Assembly: GCF_963921235.1 (NCBI RefSeq) | Contig: NC_086097.1 | Location: forward strand, 39,868,001-39,932,000 | Length of the DNA stretch: 64,000 bases | Reading direction: 5' to 3' | Source of the DNA: Mobula hypostoma | Taxonomy: Eukaryota | Part shown: in pieces, positions 1 through 12,079 of the stretch | Numbering within the stretch: the first letter of the stretch is position 1 | Layout: each line of letters starts with the position of its first letter | The notes under the pieces: model-generated | Seen by the model: the letters and a program-made list of their open reading frames with translations, nothing else | Databases searched by the model: none | Told to the model about the DNA's origin: nothing | Made by a program: the position numbers and the translations under genes

Positions 1-1265
1 TAGCAGGTAAAAACAAGCAAACTCTATCACTGTTAAGGTGGCAGGAAGATGGGGTGCATGTGGATGTCTGGGAAATGGATGAAGAAACTGAGAAAAGGGA
101 ATAGCATTCTTATAGGAGACAGGGTGGGAAGCGGTATAGTCAAGATAGCCAAGATAGTCAAGAATGAGTAGGTTTATAAGAGTTGTCAGTCAACAGTACC
201 AACGTAGTTGTCAATATTGTGGAGGATGAATTGGGGAGCATTGCTAGGGAAGGCTTGGAACATGGACTGTTCCATGTAGCCATTGTAAAGGCAGGCAAAT
301 CTGGGGCCTGTGCGGTTGTCCATAGCTACCTATTGAGTCTGGGAAAAGTGGAAGGAGCCGGAGAAATTATTGAGTGTAAGGACCAGTTCTGCCAGAAGGA
401 GGAGGGTGGTGGAGGGGAATTGGTTGATTCTTCTATTGAGAAAGAAGCGGAGAGCTTTAAGGCCTTTTTGATGGGGGTATATGGACTGGACATCCAAGGT
501 GAAAATGAAGTGGTGAGGGCCAGGGAATTGAAAGCTAGAGAGTAGATAGAGAGCATGAGAAATATTGCAGATGTAGGTGGGATGGGACTGAACCAAAGGG
601 GATAGAATGGAATGAGCCAACAGAAACAGAACGAGCCAAGTTCAGTTTTGCAGGAGCAAGCAGTGACAATGGCCCTACCTGTACAGTCAGGTTTGTGAAT
701 CTTTGGTAGGAGGTAGAAGTGAGCAATGTTGGGTGAGGGACCTATGAGTTTGGGGGCTGTGGATGGGAGTTCTCCGGAGCTGATGAGGTCAGTGATGGTG
801 CTGGAGGCAGTTTTCTGATGGACCAGAATGGGATCTTCTTCGAGAAGTTGCCGCCTGGCCTTAGCAAGGTAGAGATCAGCCCACCACACTGCAACAGCTC
901 CCCCCTTTGCCTGCAGGTTTGATGGCAAGATTGGGATTGGTGTGGAGAGAGTGGAGGGGTGGGTGTTCAGATGGGGTAGGATTTGAGGAGGAATGAGGAA
1001 TGCTGAAATTGAGCTAGTTGATGTCTCGTCACCATTAGAGATGAACATATCCAGGGCAGGCAGAGAACTAGATTAGGGTGTCCAAGAAGATGAGGGAGGT
1101 TGGATATAGGACAAAGGATCATTGGTGCGGGGTGGGGAATTCTTGCTGAAAGTGGGCTCAGGGACAGAAGTGGCAGAAGAATAGCTCGGCGGGTTGGGAT
1201 GGGTGGGGAGCCCATTGAGGTGTGGGTGAAGGAGACAAAGGCACCAAGGTGCAGGCAAAAGAAGT
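1..1265 (-). mobile_element. Penelope-like retroelement, decayed RT region
   Basis: Minus-strand ORFs 326..1048 and 330..620 carry PLE RT motifs (AVAVWWADLYLAKARRQL, HFYLLPKIHKPDC.GR.IV.ACSC.TE, FTLDVQSIY, LAELVLTLNNFS), broken by frameshifts. Runs off the window start. Confidence 0.85.
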
Positions 1266-1269
1266 CAAA

Positions 1270-2110
1270 GGCATTATTCTTACCCTCATTGGCCCATGGC
1301 ACAGGCAGCAATCAGAGCCTCACTGGTCCTCCTTTTCAGCTTTCCACCTAACTCCTGATATTCTCTCTTCAGGACTTCTTCCCTTTTCCTACCTATGTCA
1401 TTGGCATCTATATGTACCACAACTTCCAGATGTTCACCCTTCCCCTTTAGAATGTGGTGGACCTGACCTGAGACATTCCGAACCCTGATATCTGAGAGAC
1501 AACTTACCATCCAAGTGTCTCTTTCACGTCTACAGAATCTAATGTCTGCTCCTCTAATTACGGAATCTACTATCACTACTGCTTTTCTCTTCTCCACCCC
1601 TCCACTTCCCTTCTGAGCCACAGAGACAGACTCAGTGCCAGAGATCAGCTCAATCCAGTAAGTCATCCCCCAAAACAGTATCCAAAATGGTATGCTTATT
1701 ATTGAGTCACAGGGGTACTCTACACTGACTGCCTATTCCCTTTCCCTCTGCTGACTGTTTCCCAGGTACATGCCTTCTGCAACTTAGGGGGATAGTTCCT
1801 ATTTATCACTTCCTCATTTTCCCATATGAGCTGCAGGTTATCCAGTGGCATAACATGGTCTCTATCGAGCTACAGCTCAGGGCACTTGAGGGAGACTGGA
1901 GGTCTCATGAAGTTCCCACATCTCATACAAGGAACATACCACTAGCTATGCACTAACAGAAAAAAAACTTACTAGAAACATAGTTAGAAACTCTGCCTGT
2001 GCTTGCCCAAGCCTGTTGTCGCCTAAGCCTGTTGAGCCAAAGCCTGACCACTCTAACACTGCCCACACCCACAATGACCACTCTGTTATATCTCACTTCT
2101 TTTTATTGGC
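1270..2110 (-). mobile_element. CR1 LINE 5' part (ORF1 SGNH/GDSL esterase remnant)
   Basis: ORF 1286..1666 VVIVDSVIRGADIRFC...MVSCLSDIRVRNVS...VVVHIDANDIG matches the CR1 ORF1 esterase blocks (GDS, CLPGA.V, VHVGTND). Confidence 0.8.
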
Positions 2111-2137
2111 CCCTGCTGAGTACCGAATAGATTGTTA

Positions 2138-2364
2138 TGATCACAGCCTTCTGAAAAGTCCTGTAAACACCAGAGCTCTTTTTAAACCTCGCATTGCATC
2201 ACCAACAAAGGAACTCTCTTGCTGATTGCAGCCTGCTGAAAGTCCTGAAACCACCTGAGCTCTTTTGAAACCTCACGCTGTGTCACCAACAGAAGTCCTC
2301 CCTTGCTGATTGCAGCCCATCAAAAAGTCCTGAAAGGACCTGACTGTTTTTTAAACCCTGTGCT
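2138..2364. repeat. Degenerate ~85-bp tandem repeat, about 2.7 copies, next to the CR1 5' end
   Basis: Units start near 2138, 2223 and 2307 (TGAT..CAGCC...AAAGTCCTG.AA...TTTT.AAACC...TCACCAACA). Confidence 0.75.
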
Positions 2365-3819
2365 AATACAATTATGATCTTAGATAATCATTTTCACTGT
2401 CCGCTAGACTACCCATTTTGGTGTTATCTGCAAACTATATTTTATTATCTATGTCAACTTCTTTCTCATTCAAGTTATTAAGATAGATGACAAATAATTA
2501 TGATCACTGTTCCAAAAATACTTCTCCATTGAAATTTTGCTAACTTGGCCTGGCTCATTCTACCAGACAAGATGTATTGTGGCTCCTTCCACAGCTGGAC
2601 TATTTACATATAGTTTCAAGAAACCCTGCTAGATGCATCCAACGAATTATGCCCCATCTAAGGCCCTGGCGGTAAGGGAATCCCAATCAATATTGGGGAT
2701 GTTAACAGCCCCATGGTTTTTGCATCTTTCCATGATCTGCGCATGTATCAGTTTATCTATCCCTCACTGGCTACTTGGAGGCTTATAGTATTATAGTGAT
2801 CACCCCATACCATGCTCATTCCTGAGATCTACGCATATGCCCATGGCTTGGCTGGATGGGATCTCAAGGGAGTAAAACTGTGACCTTCTTCCTGATCAGT
2901 GAAGCAACTCCTCCATTACTTATCCTTCCCTCTCTATCACATCAGAAACTTCTAAACCATGGAACCCTGATGGGAGGACAAATCAAATGCTTTGCAACAT
3001 CAGGCAGAAAGTGTTATCAAGTGCATTTATTATGTTACGTGCTAATGGCATCAAAACCCAAGGTACATTCAGAGATGCTTTACTTATGCTATTCCATTGG
3101 GCTACATTTGTGAGGATGCTATCAATCCAATTACAGGAATAACATTTGGTGCCTTTTATAAATAAAAGGTAAATCTTAATAGAAAGTGGCAGAATTTAAA
3201 TTGCCATAAGCCCAAAAATACATCAGGTCTAAATTTGATAGTGTCTCAGCGCTTACCATGTTTCACTTGGCGATTCCATGATCAAGTTATGTTTCATTTT
3301 TTTTAGTACAGTCAGCTTATGACCATTAAAAATTCTCAGTCTATTTGAAAGATCGCTCGAATGCCTCTACAGCTGAAGAGCATTTCTTGGCAAAGTGGTG
3401 TAAAGTAACACCAGTTCTGGTTCTGTAAGGATCTCAAAATGTCTCAGAGGAACAGATCTGTGGTAAATTGGGGTAATTGTTTTCTTTTCCCTTCAACATC
3501 CTCTTTAAATTAATTTACTGGGACATAACATTATGACTATTATGAAATCTAAACTTTATTTTGAGTTTAGATTTCAGATCATGAATAGTTTACTTCCTTA
3601 GTTTTACTTCAATTTATCAGGAACTTTATTTTCTGTCTTTATTTCAGATTTCCAGCAGCTGCAGTTTTTTTGATTTTCTCCATCCACTTCACATGGATTC
3701 CCTGGGCTTGGGTGGGGGTGGAGAGCATGAGCTATGCTATGAGGGAGTATATGTGGGAAAACAGAAGTGCTATATTGTCATCAACCTCTCAGGATATTCT
3801 GATGTAAAATAAGCCTTAT

Positions 3820-4410
3820 AAGGCCTCACTCATTATTATGTCAGACTGCACTTGGAGTATTCTGAGTAGTTTTGACCCCCTTACCTAAAGAAAAGATGTG
3901 TCAGCATTGGGGATGGTCCAGAGGAGATTCATGAGAATGATTCTGGGAATAAAAGGGTTAACATATGAAGAACATTCGATAGCTCTGGGCCTGTACTTGC
4001 TGTAGTTTAGAAGAATGAGGGTGGGGGAGACACCTATCAAATGTCAAAAGGCCTAGATAGAGTGGATGTGGAGAGGATACTTCCTATAGTGGGGAAGTCT
4101 GGGACCAGGGAGCACAGCCTCAGAATAGAATGATGTTCACTCAGAACAGAGATGAGGAGGAATTTCTTTAGCCAGAGGGTGATGAATCTGTGAAATTTGT
4201 TGCCACAGATGACTGCAGAGGCCAAGTCACTGGATATATTTGAAGCAGAGGTTGTTAGGATTTTGATTAGTTTAGTCAGAGTGTCAAAGGCTAAGGGGAA
4301 AGGCAAGAGAATGACATTGAGAGGGATAATAAATCAGCCATGGCTGAATTGAAGAACAGGTCTGATGGGCTGAATGGATTAATTCTGCTTCTATGTCTTA
4401 TGATCTTATA
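3820..4410 (+). mobile_element. CR1 LINE 3' fragment
   Basis: ORF2 C-terminal remnant followed by the CR1 3' end (AATTCTGCTTCTATGTCTTATGATCTT), similar to the end at about 41490-41522. Confidence 0.8.
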
Positions 4411-5026
4411 ATGCATATACTGTACATGAGTTACTTTCTGAGTGTGGTAACTGCTGTGGAGGAGTGGAGGTTATTGTTTTTATTGTATTTACTATGAATG
4501 CCTACAAGGAAGTGATTCTCATGGTGATATGGTGACAAATATATACTTTGATTATAAATTTACTTTGAGCTTTGAGGATAGCAATGATTTTCTATGTCGC
4601 AAAGGAGGTAAACAATTATTCTAGACTGGTTGTGTGCTGGGAGATTAATGTTGACAAGAGCATGCTTCCTAGATCGAGATTGTTTATGTTCACCTGAACA
4701 TACAGGCCTCAGTTTAACATTGCATTCACAAATTAATACCTCTAACAATGGACTATTCTCTGGAGGCAATTAAACAGGAATTCGAGTTCAGATTCCAGCA
4801 TGACGCTTGGTGAATTTAAACTAAGTATTTGAACACACCTGGAGTAAGAAGCTGGATCCATATGGTAAACATGAAATTATAGGATTGTCATTAAAAGCCA
4901 ACAGATTAAGGAAAGGGAATCTGCCATATGGTCTGACTTGGATTTAACTCCAGGCTCATCAAAATGGTTCACTTGTAACTTTCTCCCTCAGATCAAAGGC
5001 AATAATGGATGAAAAAGTCAAGATGG

Positions 5027-6212
5027 TCAAGATGGCGCCTGCCAACAATGCTTATTCGGTCGACAGTTTCTGGATACTTCATGAAACATATTTGACTTCT
5101 TTTATGTCTTTTACATTTGTTTTTCATCTTGAATGTAATTCTGGAACTGCTGAAGTCTGTGATTTATTGTTTGGTGATTATTTGGGTGTTCCAGCACTCT
5201 GCAGTCTCCAAGAGGATTCTGGGAGGAGAGGCAGCTTGCATGACCCTTGTTGTGAGAAGGCTGCGGGATGGGGCACGAGCTGATGTTCAACTCCATTTTG
5301 CTGATTAAACCTTCCATTGTTCGCCAATTAATGTGACGAGCGAGATTGAAACATCGAGGCAAATGCAGAAGATGAGCACTGGCTGCCTGCCTTTTGATTG
5401 CTGGTGGGATCACTCTGCTACCAGAGAGGGGAGACTTCCTTTTGATCGTCGGTGGGATCACTCTGCTACCAGAGAGGGGAGACTTCCTTTTGATTGCTGG
5501 TGGGATCACTCTGCTACCAGAGAGGGGAGACTTCCTTTTGGCTACCAGAGAGGGGAGACTTCCTTTTGATCACCGGTGGGATCACTCTGCTACCAGAGAG
5601 GGGAGACTTCCTTTTGATTGCTGGTGGGATCACTCTGCTACCGGAGAGGGGAGACTGCCTTTTGATCTCCAGTGGGATCAGTCTGCTACCAGAGAGGGGA
5701 GACTGCCTTTTGATCTCCAGTGGGATCACTCTGCTACCAGAGAGGGGAGACTTCCTTTTGATCGCTGATGGGATCTCTCTGCTACCGGAGAGGGGAGACT
5801 TCCTTTTGATCGCTGATGGGATCTCTCTGCTACCGGAGAGGGAAGACTGCCTTTTGATCACCGGTGGGATTGCTCTGCTACTGGAGAGGGGAGAGCCTGC
5901 CACTGTGCCTGGAGGATGTTACCCAGGTTTTATTTTGCATTTTGGATATGGGCTTGGACGCTAGACTTTTCTCAGTCTTATAGTTTTTTGTATTCTGTGC
6001 TTTCTGCCTGGTCTTTCTCTTTTTGTGTTCGGGGGAGGGAGACTTGGAGATAGCTGTGCTTGTTCTGTTTTTGTTCATTTCTTGTGTGGGGAGGAGGGGT
6101 TTGGGGATTGATAATCATGCTGCCTTTATTGTCTTTCTTGGTTTCATGGCTATCTGGAGAAGAATTTCAGAGTTGTATACTTTGATAATAAATGAACCTT
6201 TGAGCCTTTGAA
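5027..6212 (+). mobile_element. Non-autonomous retroposon-like element carrying a 48-bp minisatellite
   Basis: Begins with CAAGATGGCG (YY1-type motif). Ends with TATACTTTGATAATAAATGAACCTTTGA, a tail also seen at about 4540-4575, 7550-7600 (minus), 19295-19330 and 57500-57535. Confidence 0.55.
5387..5894. repeat. 48-bp tandem minisatellite, 10 full units plus one 28-bp partial unit
   Basis: Unit CTTCCTTTTGATTGCTGGTGGGATCACTCTGCTACCAGAGAGGGGAGA. Starts at 5387, 5435, 5483, 5531 (partial), 5559, 5607, 5655, 5703, 5751, 5799, 5847. No spacers. Confidence 0.95.
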
Positions 6213-8224
6213 AAATAAGAGCAGAGCTTACCAGTGATTTCCACATATTATGAATAAATAAGATAGAAATAATCAGTCTGGAATAACCTTTCATCTTGGA
6301 TTTGTCTTTGAAATGATCCTTAAGTCCTTGACCTTCAGGCTCATTGCAAGGAAGTCCCCTATAATATCACCATTGCTCATATTTCCTTATGATAAAATGC
6401 TGTAATGAATATAATTTGATTAAGTACTTCAAAGAGAGCTTTCTTCCCATGCTTAATCAAATATTTACATTAGGGTATGAGATCAGAACCTAGATGTAAC
6501 ATTCAGAATGTATTAGTTAGATTGGCCTGCCACCATCTTCAGCTTCATTTCTGCCCATGAAAGACAAGCTTCGAGCCACTTGGAAGAGCTGGACACTCAC
6601 TCCTGTTTGAAATCATGCAATGGTCCCAAAGCTAGCCTAAAGCAGTATTTGATTTTCATCCTTTGAGCTGTACTTGGATTTTGGATCTAACTAATGACTT
6701 TACTCTGTGACTCCTGTAGAGAAATTTCAGAGAAAGTGTTATATCAGTAGGAGTCAGAATGATTCATTAGCTAATACTTCAGCCATAAAATAATCATGGT
6801 CTTTGTTTCTAAACAACCTCCAAAGCTGCCTGATTCATCATCCCTTACAGACAGAGAGAACTTCCATTTTGTCTGATAATAAAACTAGTAAAGGAATTTA
6901 TCCATTTGGTTGGCTGACAGCTTCTCTTCTTGGGAAAAAATTGGGACTATCAGCACATTAATGCAATGAAGACAGATTGAATTAAGCAATAAAGTGTCAA
7001 AAATGCATAAGAGACATTGATCACTATATCTACATTTGTCAAAAAGTCAGGGAGCCTGGGATAATACGAGGTCTGAATTTAAGAAATGATTTGCTGCCGC
7101 CCTGAATGATCTAAATGTCAAAAATATATATTTTATTATGCCACAATTTTATTCAAATGATACATGCTGTAGCTACTTGCCAGTGCAGCAGGAAGTTTTA
7201 TGTGCAAAGCGAACACAAAAGAAACATTCATTAGACAATAAGTTCTCGTAGATCACAAGCTCTATGCAAATGTCTCAGATACAAAAACAGTCTGACAGTC
7301 CCATTCATCACAACCACTGAAAATAATTTTTTTTGAGGTAACGGAGTCCTCACTTTCTCTTTACTTTTATTAACTTTAAACTAAGTTATCGAAGTCAGTG
7401 ATGGAAATGGGCCCTTCAGCACAATTTGTCCATACTGACCGCAATGCCCAACTAAGCTAGTCTGATATGCCCCTGTATGGCAAACTATCCTTTTAAACAT
7501 ATCTAAGCATTTTCTATTCCCGCACCTATACAACTGTCTTTTAAAAGATCAAAGTTTAAAGGACATAGTTCATTTATTATTGAAGTATGCCAACCATCCA
7601 GAACCTTGAGATTCATCTTCTTGCATCCAGCCACAAACCAAATGACAGAGTAGAACCCACTAAAAATAACCACACAGCAAAAAGAGAACAATTTGTGCAA
7701 ACAATAAAGAAAAGTAAACAAATACCACACAGAACATGAACCGCAGAGTGAGTCCACAGCCACGGGGCCAATTAGACACTGCAGCCAGTCCACGAGCCTA
7801 ATGGCTGCAGGCCATAGCCATGGAGTCAGTTCAGCGCTGAGGCAAGTAAAGCCTCTTGGAGTAGTGAGCTGAACACTGATTCAGCCTTTGTCTTTGGCCT
7901 CAACGTCTTGATCTTTCTAATCTGGCTTGGCACTTAAACCGGCTAAACATTGGTTCATTTTCCGCTCTCGGGCCTGGGCCCTGCCACGTCGAGTCCACTC
8001 CAGCAATATCTGCCATCGCAGATATACCTGCGATCTCTGGAGTCCAGTTCATTGAATCTTTTAAGACACCACAAAGACTTCAGGTCATATAAATGGTTCA
8101 AAAACACAACTTCCAAAGGGAAATTACAGGCTGCAGATTGCAGTAACCGAAGTCCAGAAAAAGTATAATTAATAGAACAGTTAGTAGTTTTGTTTGCCGC
8201 TGTGTCTCACCATGCCAGACATTG

Positions 8225-9000
8225 TCGTACTTGGTCCAACTATTTCTTATGGCAGCTCGTTCCATGTACATACCATCCTCTGTGTGTTAAAAAAAGTTGT
8301 CCTCAAAGATTCACTCATACCTTTCTCTTGTTACCATTAAGCTATGCCCTCTGGTTCTTAATTCTCCAACCCTGAGGAAACGACTGATTGAATTTACCAA
8401 ATCTGTGCTCGTCGTGGTTTATACACCTCTGTAAGATCACTTCTCAGTTTTCTTTGCTTCAAGGAAAAGAAGCCTTAGCATGACCAACCTCTCCCTGTAA
8501 CGTAGTCCCTAGAGTCTTGACAATGTCCTTGTAAACCTTTTCTTCACTCTTTTCAGTTTAATAACATCTTTATTATCAGGGTGAGCGAAACTGAACACAA
8601 TTCTCCATGTGTGGTCTCATCAGCACCTTGTTCAGCTACAAAAAAAACTCCAACTTCTATACTCAGTGTCCTGCTCGATACAGGTCAGTATGTCGAACGC
8701 CTTCTTTACCACCCTTTCCAGCTGTGACATCAACTTTAGGAAACCATGTACCTGCATTCCAACACCCCTCTGTTCTGCCACACTCCCCAGTACCCTACTG
8801 TTTACAGTGAAAATCCTACCTTGACTTGACTTTACAGAATGCAACACCTTGCATTTATCTGAATTAAACGCCATTTGACATTCTTTGGCCCACTAACTCA
8901 CCTGATCAAGACCCTCCTGTAATTTTTGTCAACTTTCTTCACTGCCAATAATACCTTAGAGTCATCTGCAAGCCTTCTAACCATTGCCTTGTACATTCTC
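8225..9000 (-). mobile_element. CR1 LINE 3' fragment, decayed
   Basis: ORF 8632..8874 (MAFNSDKCKVLH...EQRGVGMQVH..LK...Q...VVKKA) is CR1 ORF2 post-RT sequence. Confidence 0.8.
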
Positions 9001-9104
9001 AGTTCACTGAAAATAATCTCTGACTGCTACTTATTAGAAATTAAGGAAAATATGCCTAGTTTGTTTTGATAAGAAAATATCTTGGGCATACCAAATATAT
9101 TTTT

Positions 9105-10912
9105 CATAGTCATAGTCATAGTCATAGTCATACTTTATTGATCCCGGGGGAAATTGGTTTTCATTACAGTTGCACCATAAATAATAAATAGTAATAAAAC
9201 TATAAATAGTTAAATAGTAATATGTAAATTATGCCAGTAAATTATGAAATAAGTCCAGGACCAGCCTATTGGCTCAGGGTGTCTGACCCTCCAAGGGAGG
9301 AGTTGTAAAGTTTGATGGCTACAGGCAGGAATGACTTCCTATGACGCTCAGTGTTGCATCTCGGTGGAATGAGTCTCTGGCTAAATGTACTCCTGTGCCC
9401 ACCCAGTACATTATATAGTGGATGGGAGACATTGTCCAAGATGGCATGCAACTTTGACAGCATCTTCTTTCCAGACACCACCGTGAGAGAGTCCAGTTCC
9501 ATCCCCACACCATCACTGGCCTTACGAATGAGTTTGTTGACTCTGCAGGTGTCTGCTACCCTCAGCCTGCTTCCCCAGCACACAACAGCAAACATGATAG
9601 CACTGGGCACCACAAACTCATAGAACATCCTCAGCATCGTCCGGCAGATGTTAAAGGACTTCAGTCTCCTCAGGAAATAGAGATGGCTCTGACCCTTCTT
9701 GTAGACAGCCTCAGTGTTCTTTGACCAGTCCAGTTTATTGTCAATTCGCATCCCCAGGTATTTGTAATCCTCCACCATGTCCACACTGACCCCCTGGATG
9801 GAAACAGGGGTCACCGGTACCTTAGCTCTCCTCAGGTCTACCACCAGCTCCTTAGTCTTTTTCACATTAAGCTGCAGATAATTCTGCTCACACCAGGTGA
9901 CAAAGTTTCCTACCATAGCCCTGTACTCAGCCTCATCTCCCTTGCTGATGCATCCAACTATGGCAAAGTCATCCGAAAACTTTTGAAGATGACAAGACTC
10001 TGTGCAGTAGTTGAAGTCCGAGGAGTAAATGGGGAAGAGAAAGGGAGACAAGACAGTCCCCTGTCGAGCCCCAGTGCTGCTGATCACTCTGTCGGACACA
10101 CAGTGTTGCAAGCACACGTACTGTGGTCTGCCAGTCAGGTAATCAAGAATCCATGACACCAGGGGAGCATCCACCTGCATCGCTGTCAGCTTCTCCCCCA
10201 GCAGAGCAGGGCGGATGGTGATGAACGCACTGGAGAAGTCAAACAACATGACCCTCACAGTGCTCGCTGGCTTGTCCAGGTGGGCGTAGACACGATTCAG
10301 CAGGTAGACGATGGCATCCTCAACTCCTAGTTGGGGCTGGTAGGCGAACTGGAGGGGATCTAAGTGTGGCCTGACCATAGGCTGGAGCAGCTCCAGAACA
10401 AGTCTCTCCAGGGTCTTCATGATGTGGGAGGTCAATGCCACCGGTCTGTAGTCATTGAGGCCGCTGGGGCGTGGTGTCTTCGGCACAAGGACGAGGCAGG
10501 ACGTCTTCCACAGTACAGGAACCCTCCGGAGCCTCAGGCTCAGGTTAAATACATGGCGAAGTACTCCACATAGCTGAGGGGCACAGGCTTTGAGCACCCT
10601 GGTACTGACACCATCTGGTCTTGCAGCCTTGCTTGGGTTGAGATCTTTCAGCTGTCTTCTCACCTGTTCAGCTATGAAGTCCACCGTGGTGGTTTCGTGT
10701 GGGGAAGGGGTATAGTCATGAGAGCAGGGAGGGGGACTGTGAGGAGGGGTAGGAGGGGAGAGTGGAATATGTGTTGGTTGGGGGCCGACAACAGATGGCT
10801 CATGTGGGGGATGGGCAGGGGCCACGATGTCAAATCTGCTAAAGAACAGGTTAAGTTCATTGGCCCTGTCCACACTGCCTTCAGCTCCTCTGTTGCTAGC
10901 TTGCTGGAACCC
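9105..10912 (-). mobile_element. Rex1/Babar-clade LINE, 5'-truncated, young
   Basis: Uninterrupted RT ORF plus a 3' UTR ending in a (TATGAC)n tail (plus strand CATAGT repeats at about 9105-9133). Confidence 0.9.
9266..10873 (-). CDS. Rex1-type reverse transcriptase ORF (535 aa, no endonuclease)
   Basis: NDYRPVALTSHIMKTLERL, DPLQFAYQ, FDFSSAF.TI, QGTVLSPFLF, KFSDD, YKYLG motifs. No internal stops. Confidence 0.85.
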   Translation of the reverse strand: MDRANELNLFFSRFDIVAPAHPPHEPSVVGPQPTHIPLSPPTPPHSPPPCSHDYTPSPHETTTVDFIAEQVRRQLKDLNPSKAARPDGVSTRVLKACAPQLCGVLRHVFNLSLRLRRVPVLWKTSCLVLVPKTPRPSGLNDYRPVALTSHIMKTLERLVLELLQPMVRPHLDPLQFAYQPQLGVEDAIVYLLNRVYAHLDKPASTVRVMLFDFSSAFITIRPALLGEKLTAMQVDAPLVSWILDYLTGRPQYVCLQHCVSDRVISSTGARQGTVLSPFLFPIYSSDFNYCTESCHLQKFSDDFAIVGCISKGDEAEYRAMVGNFVTWCEQNYLQLNVKKTKELVVDLRRAKVPVTPVSIQGVSVDMVEDYKYLGMRIDNKLDWSKNTEAVYKKGQSHLYFLRRLKSFNICRTMLRMFYEFVVPSAIMFAVVCWGSRLRVADTCRVNKLIRKASDGVGMELDSLTVVSGKKMLSKLHAILDNVSHPLYNVLGGHRSTFSQRLIPPRCNTERHRKSFLPVAIKLYNSSLGGSDTLSQ

Positions 10913-11319
10913 TTTGATTGATCTTAATGATGTTTGGCTTTATGTAATAGTATCTAGGTAGTTCCATTATTTGCCATGCAAATACTTTCACATGGCTCCC
11001 TTTGAATGTAACAACTGAATTTGCCTCCTTTACTTGCCCAGCAGACTCTTACTGAGAGGCTAAGAAGAGATTTCCTCATGTGACTTTTGTTTCCTTTTCA
11101 GAATTTCTCTATTTACTCCATAATGGAACAATATATCATAGTTCTTTCCCCCTACATCAGTGGGAACAGTTTCTCAATGTCTTCTCTTTCTGTATGTAAC
11201 ATGATTTTAAATAAGTACCTCCACCTGGTCTACTTACAAACTGTTTGAACCAAGAAGAACGAGTGCAGATTCTCCTGTCTATCCACATTTTTAAGGTCCA
11301 TCTAACTGGGTTTCTTGTC

Positions 11320-11600
11320 CCTTGGTCTAACTTTCACTTCCCCTTCCTCACCTGGTCTATCTGCCTATCATCCCCATCTACCTCCTCATCTTGTTCCACC
11401 TATTACCTGCCTCCCACTGTCTCACTTCTTCCTCTTGCTTCTAAACATTGGCTGTCTCCCCTTTACACACTCAGTCCTGATGCAGGGTCTCAGCACAAAA
11501 CACAGATAATCTCTTTGACTACACAAATGTTACATCATCAAGTGAGTTCTTCCAGCAGTTTATTCTTTGCTCTAGTTTGAACATTTGTTGTCTCTAGTGC
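11320..11600 (+). mobile_element. Decayed Penelope 3'/pLTR remnant
   Basis: Pyrimidine-rich segment followed by CAGTCCTGATGCAGGGTCTC...GAGTTCTTCCAGCA, the same terminal motif as 36540-36690. Confidence 0.55.
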
Positions 11601-12079
11601 TTCTTCTACTACTTCTGTCCCTGATTACCATTTCTAGAATTTTCCCCACCACTATGGATAAACTATTTAGTTATGTAGATACAGGGTTTATTCCTACAAT
11701 TTTTTTTTTCGAGTGACAGCATAAACATTTGCAATTTTCCAGACTGCAGGAACCAGAAGAAAGTTGTTGACCTGCAGGAGGAATTCATGTTGTGGCAATA
11801 ACGGAAACCTGGCCAACTGAAAGGGTCGGAATGGATTCTAAATATTCCTGATGACATGTGACTACATGATTTTAAGGAAAGGTGAAGAAGTGAAGAAAGG
11901 AAGGTGGGCAATAATTTAGATTAAGGAGGACATCACTGGAGAGAGAAGTTCTGTAATGTTTGAGAGCAGATTCTATCTGCTGAAAACTGAGAAGCAACAT
12001 TGATGTGATTACGCTGCTGGAGACTGTTATTTCAGCCAAAGTGCATGGTCTTTCTTGTATTCCTTGTTTATCCATTTTC

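Noticed and set aside
5387..5894. Regular repeat array that could be mistaken for CRISPR, and its repetitive ORFs
   Set aside because: Units are head-to-tail with no unique spacers, there are no cas genes, and the context is vertebrate. The ORFs follow from the 48-bp (16-codon) period.
6301..6366. Peptide FVFEMILKSLTFRLI resembling a voltage-gated channel S2 segment
   Set aside because: Too short, with no convincing splice sites or neighbouring matching exons.
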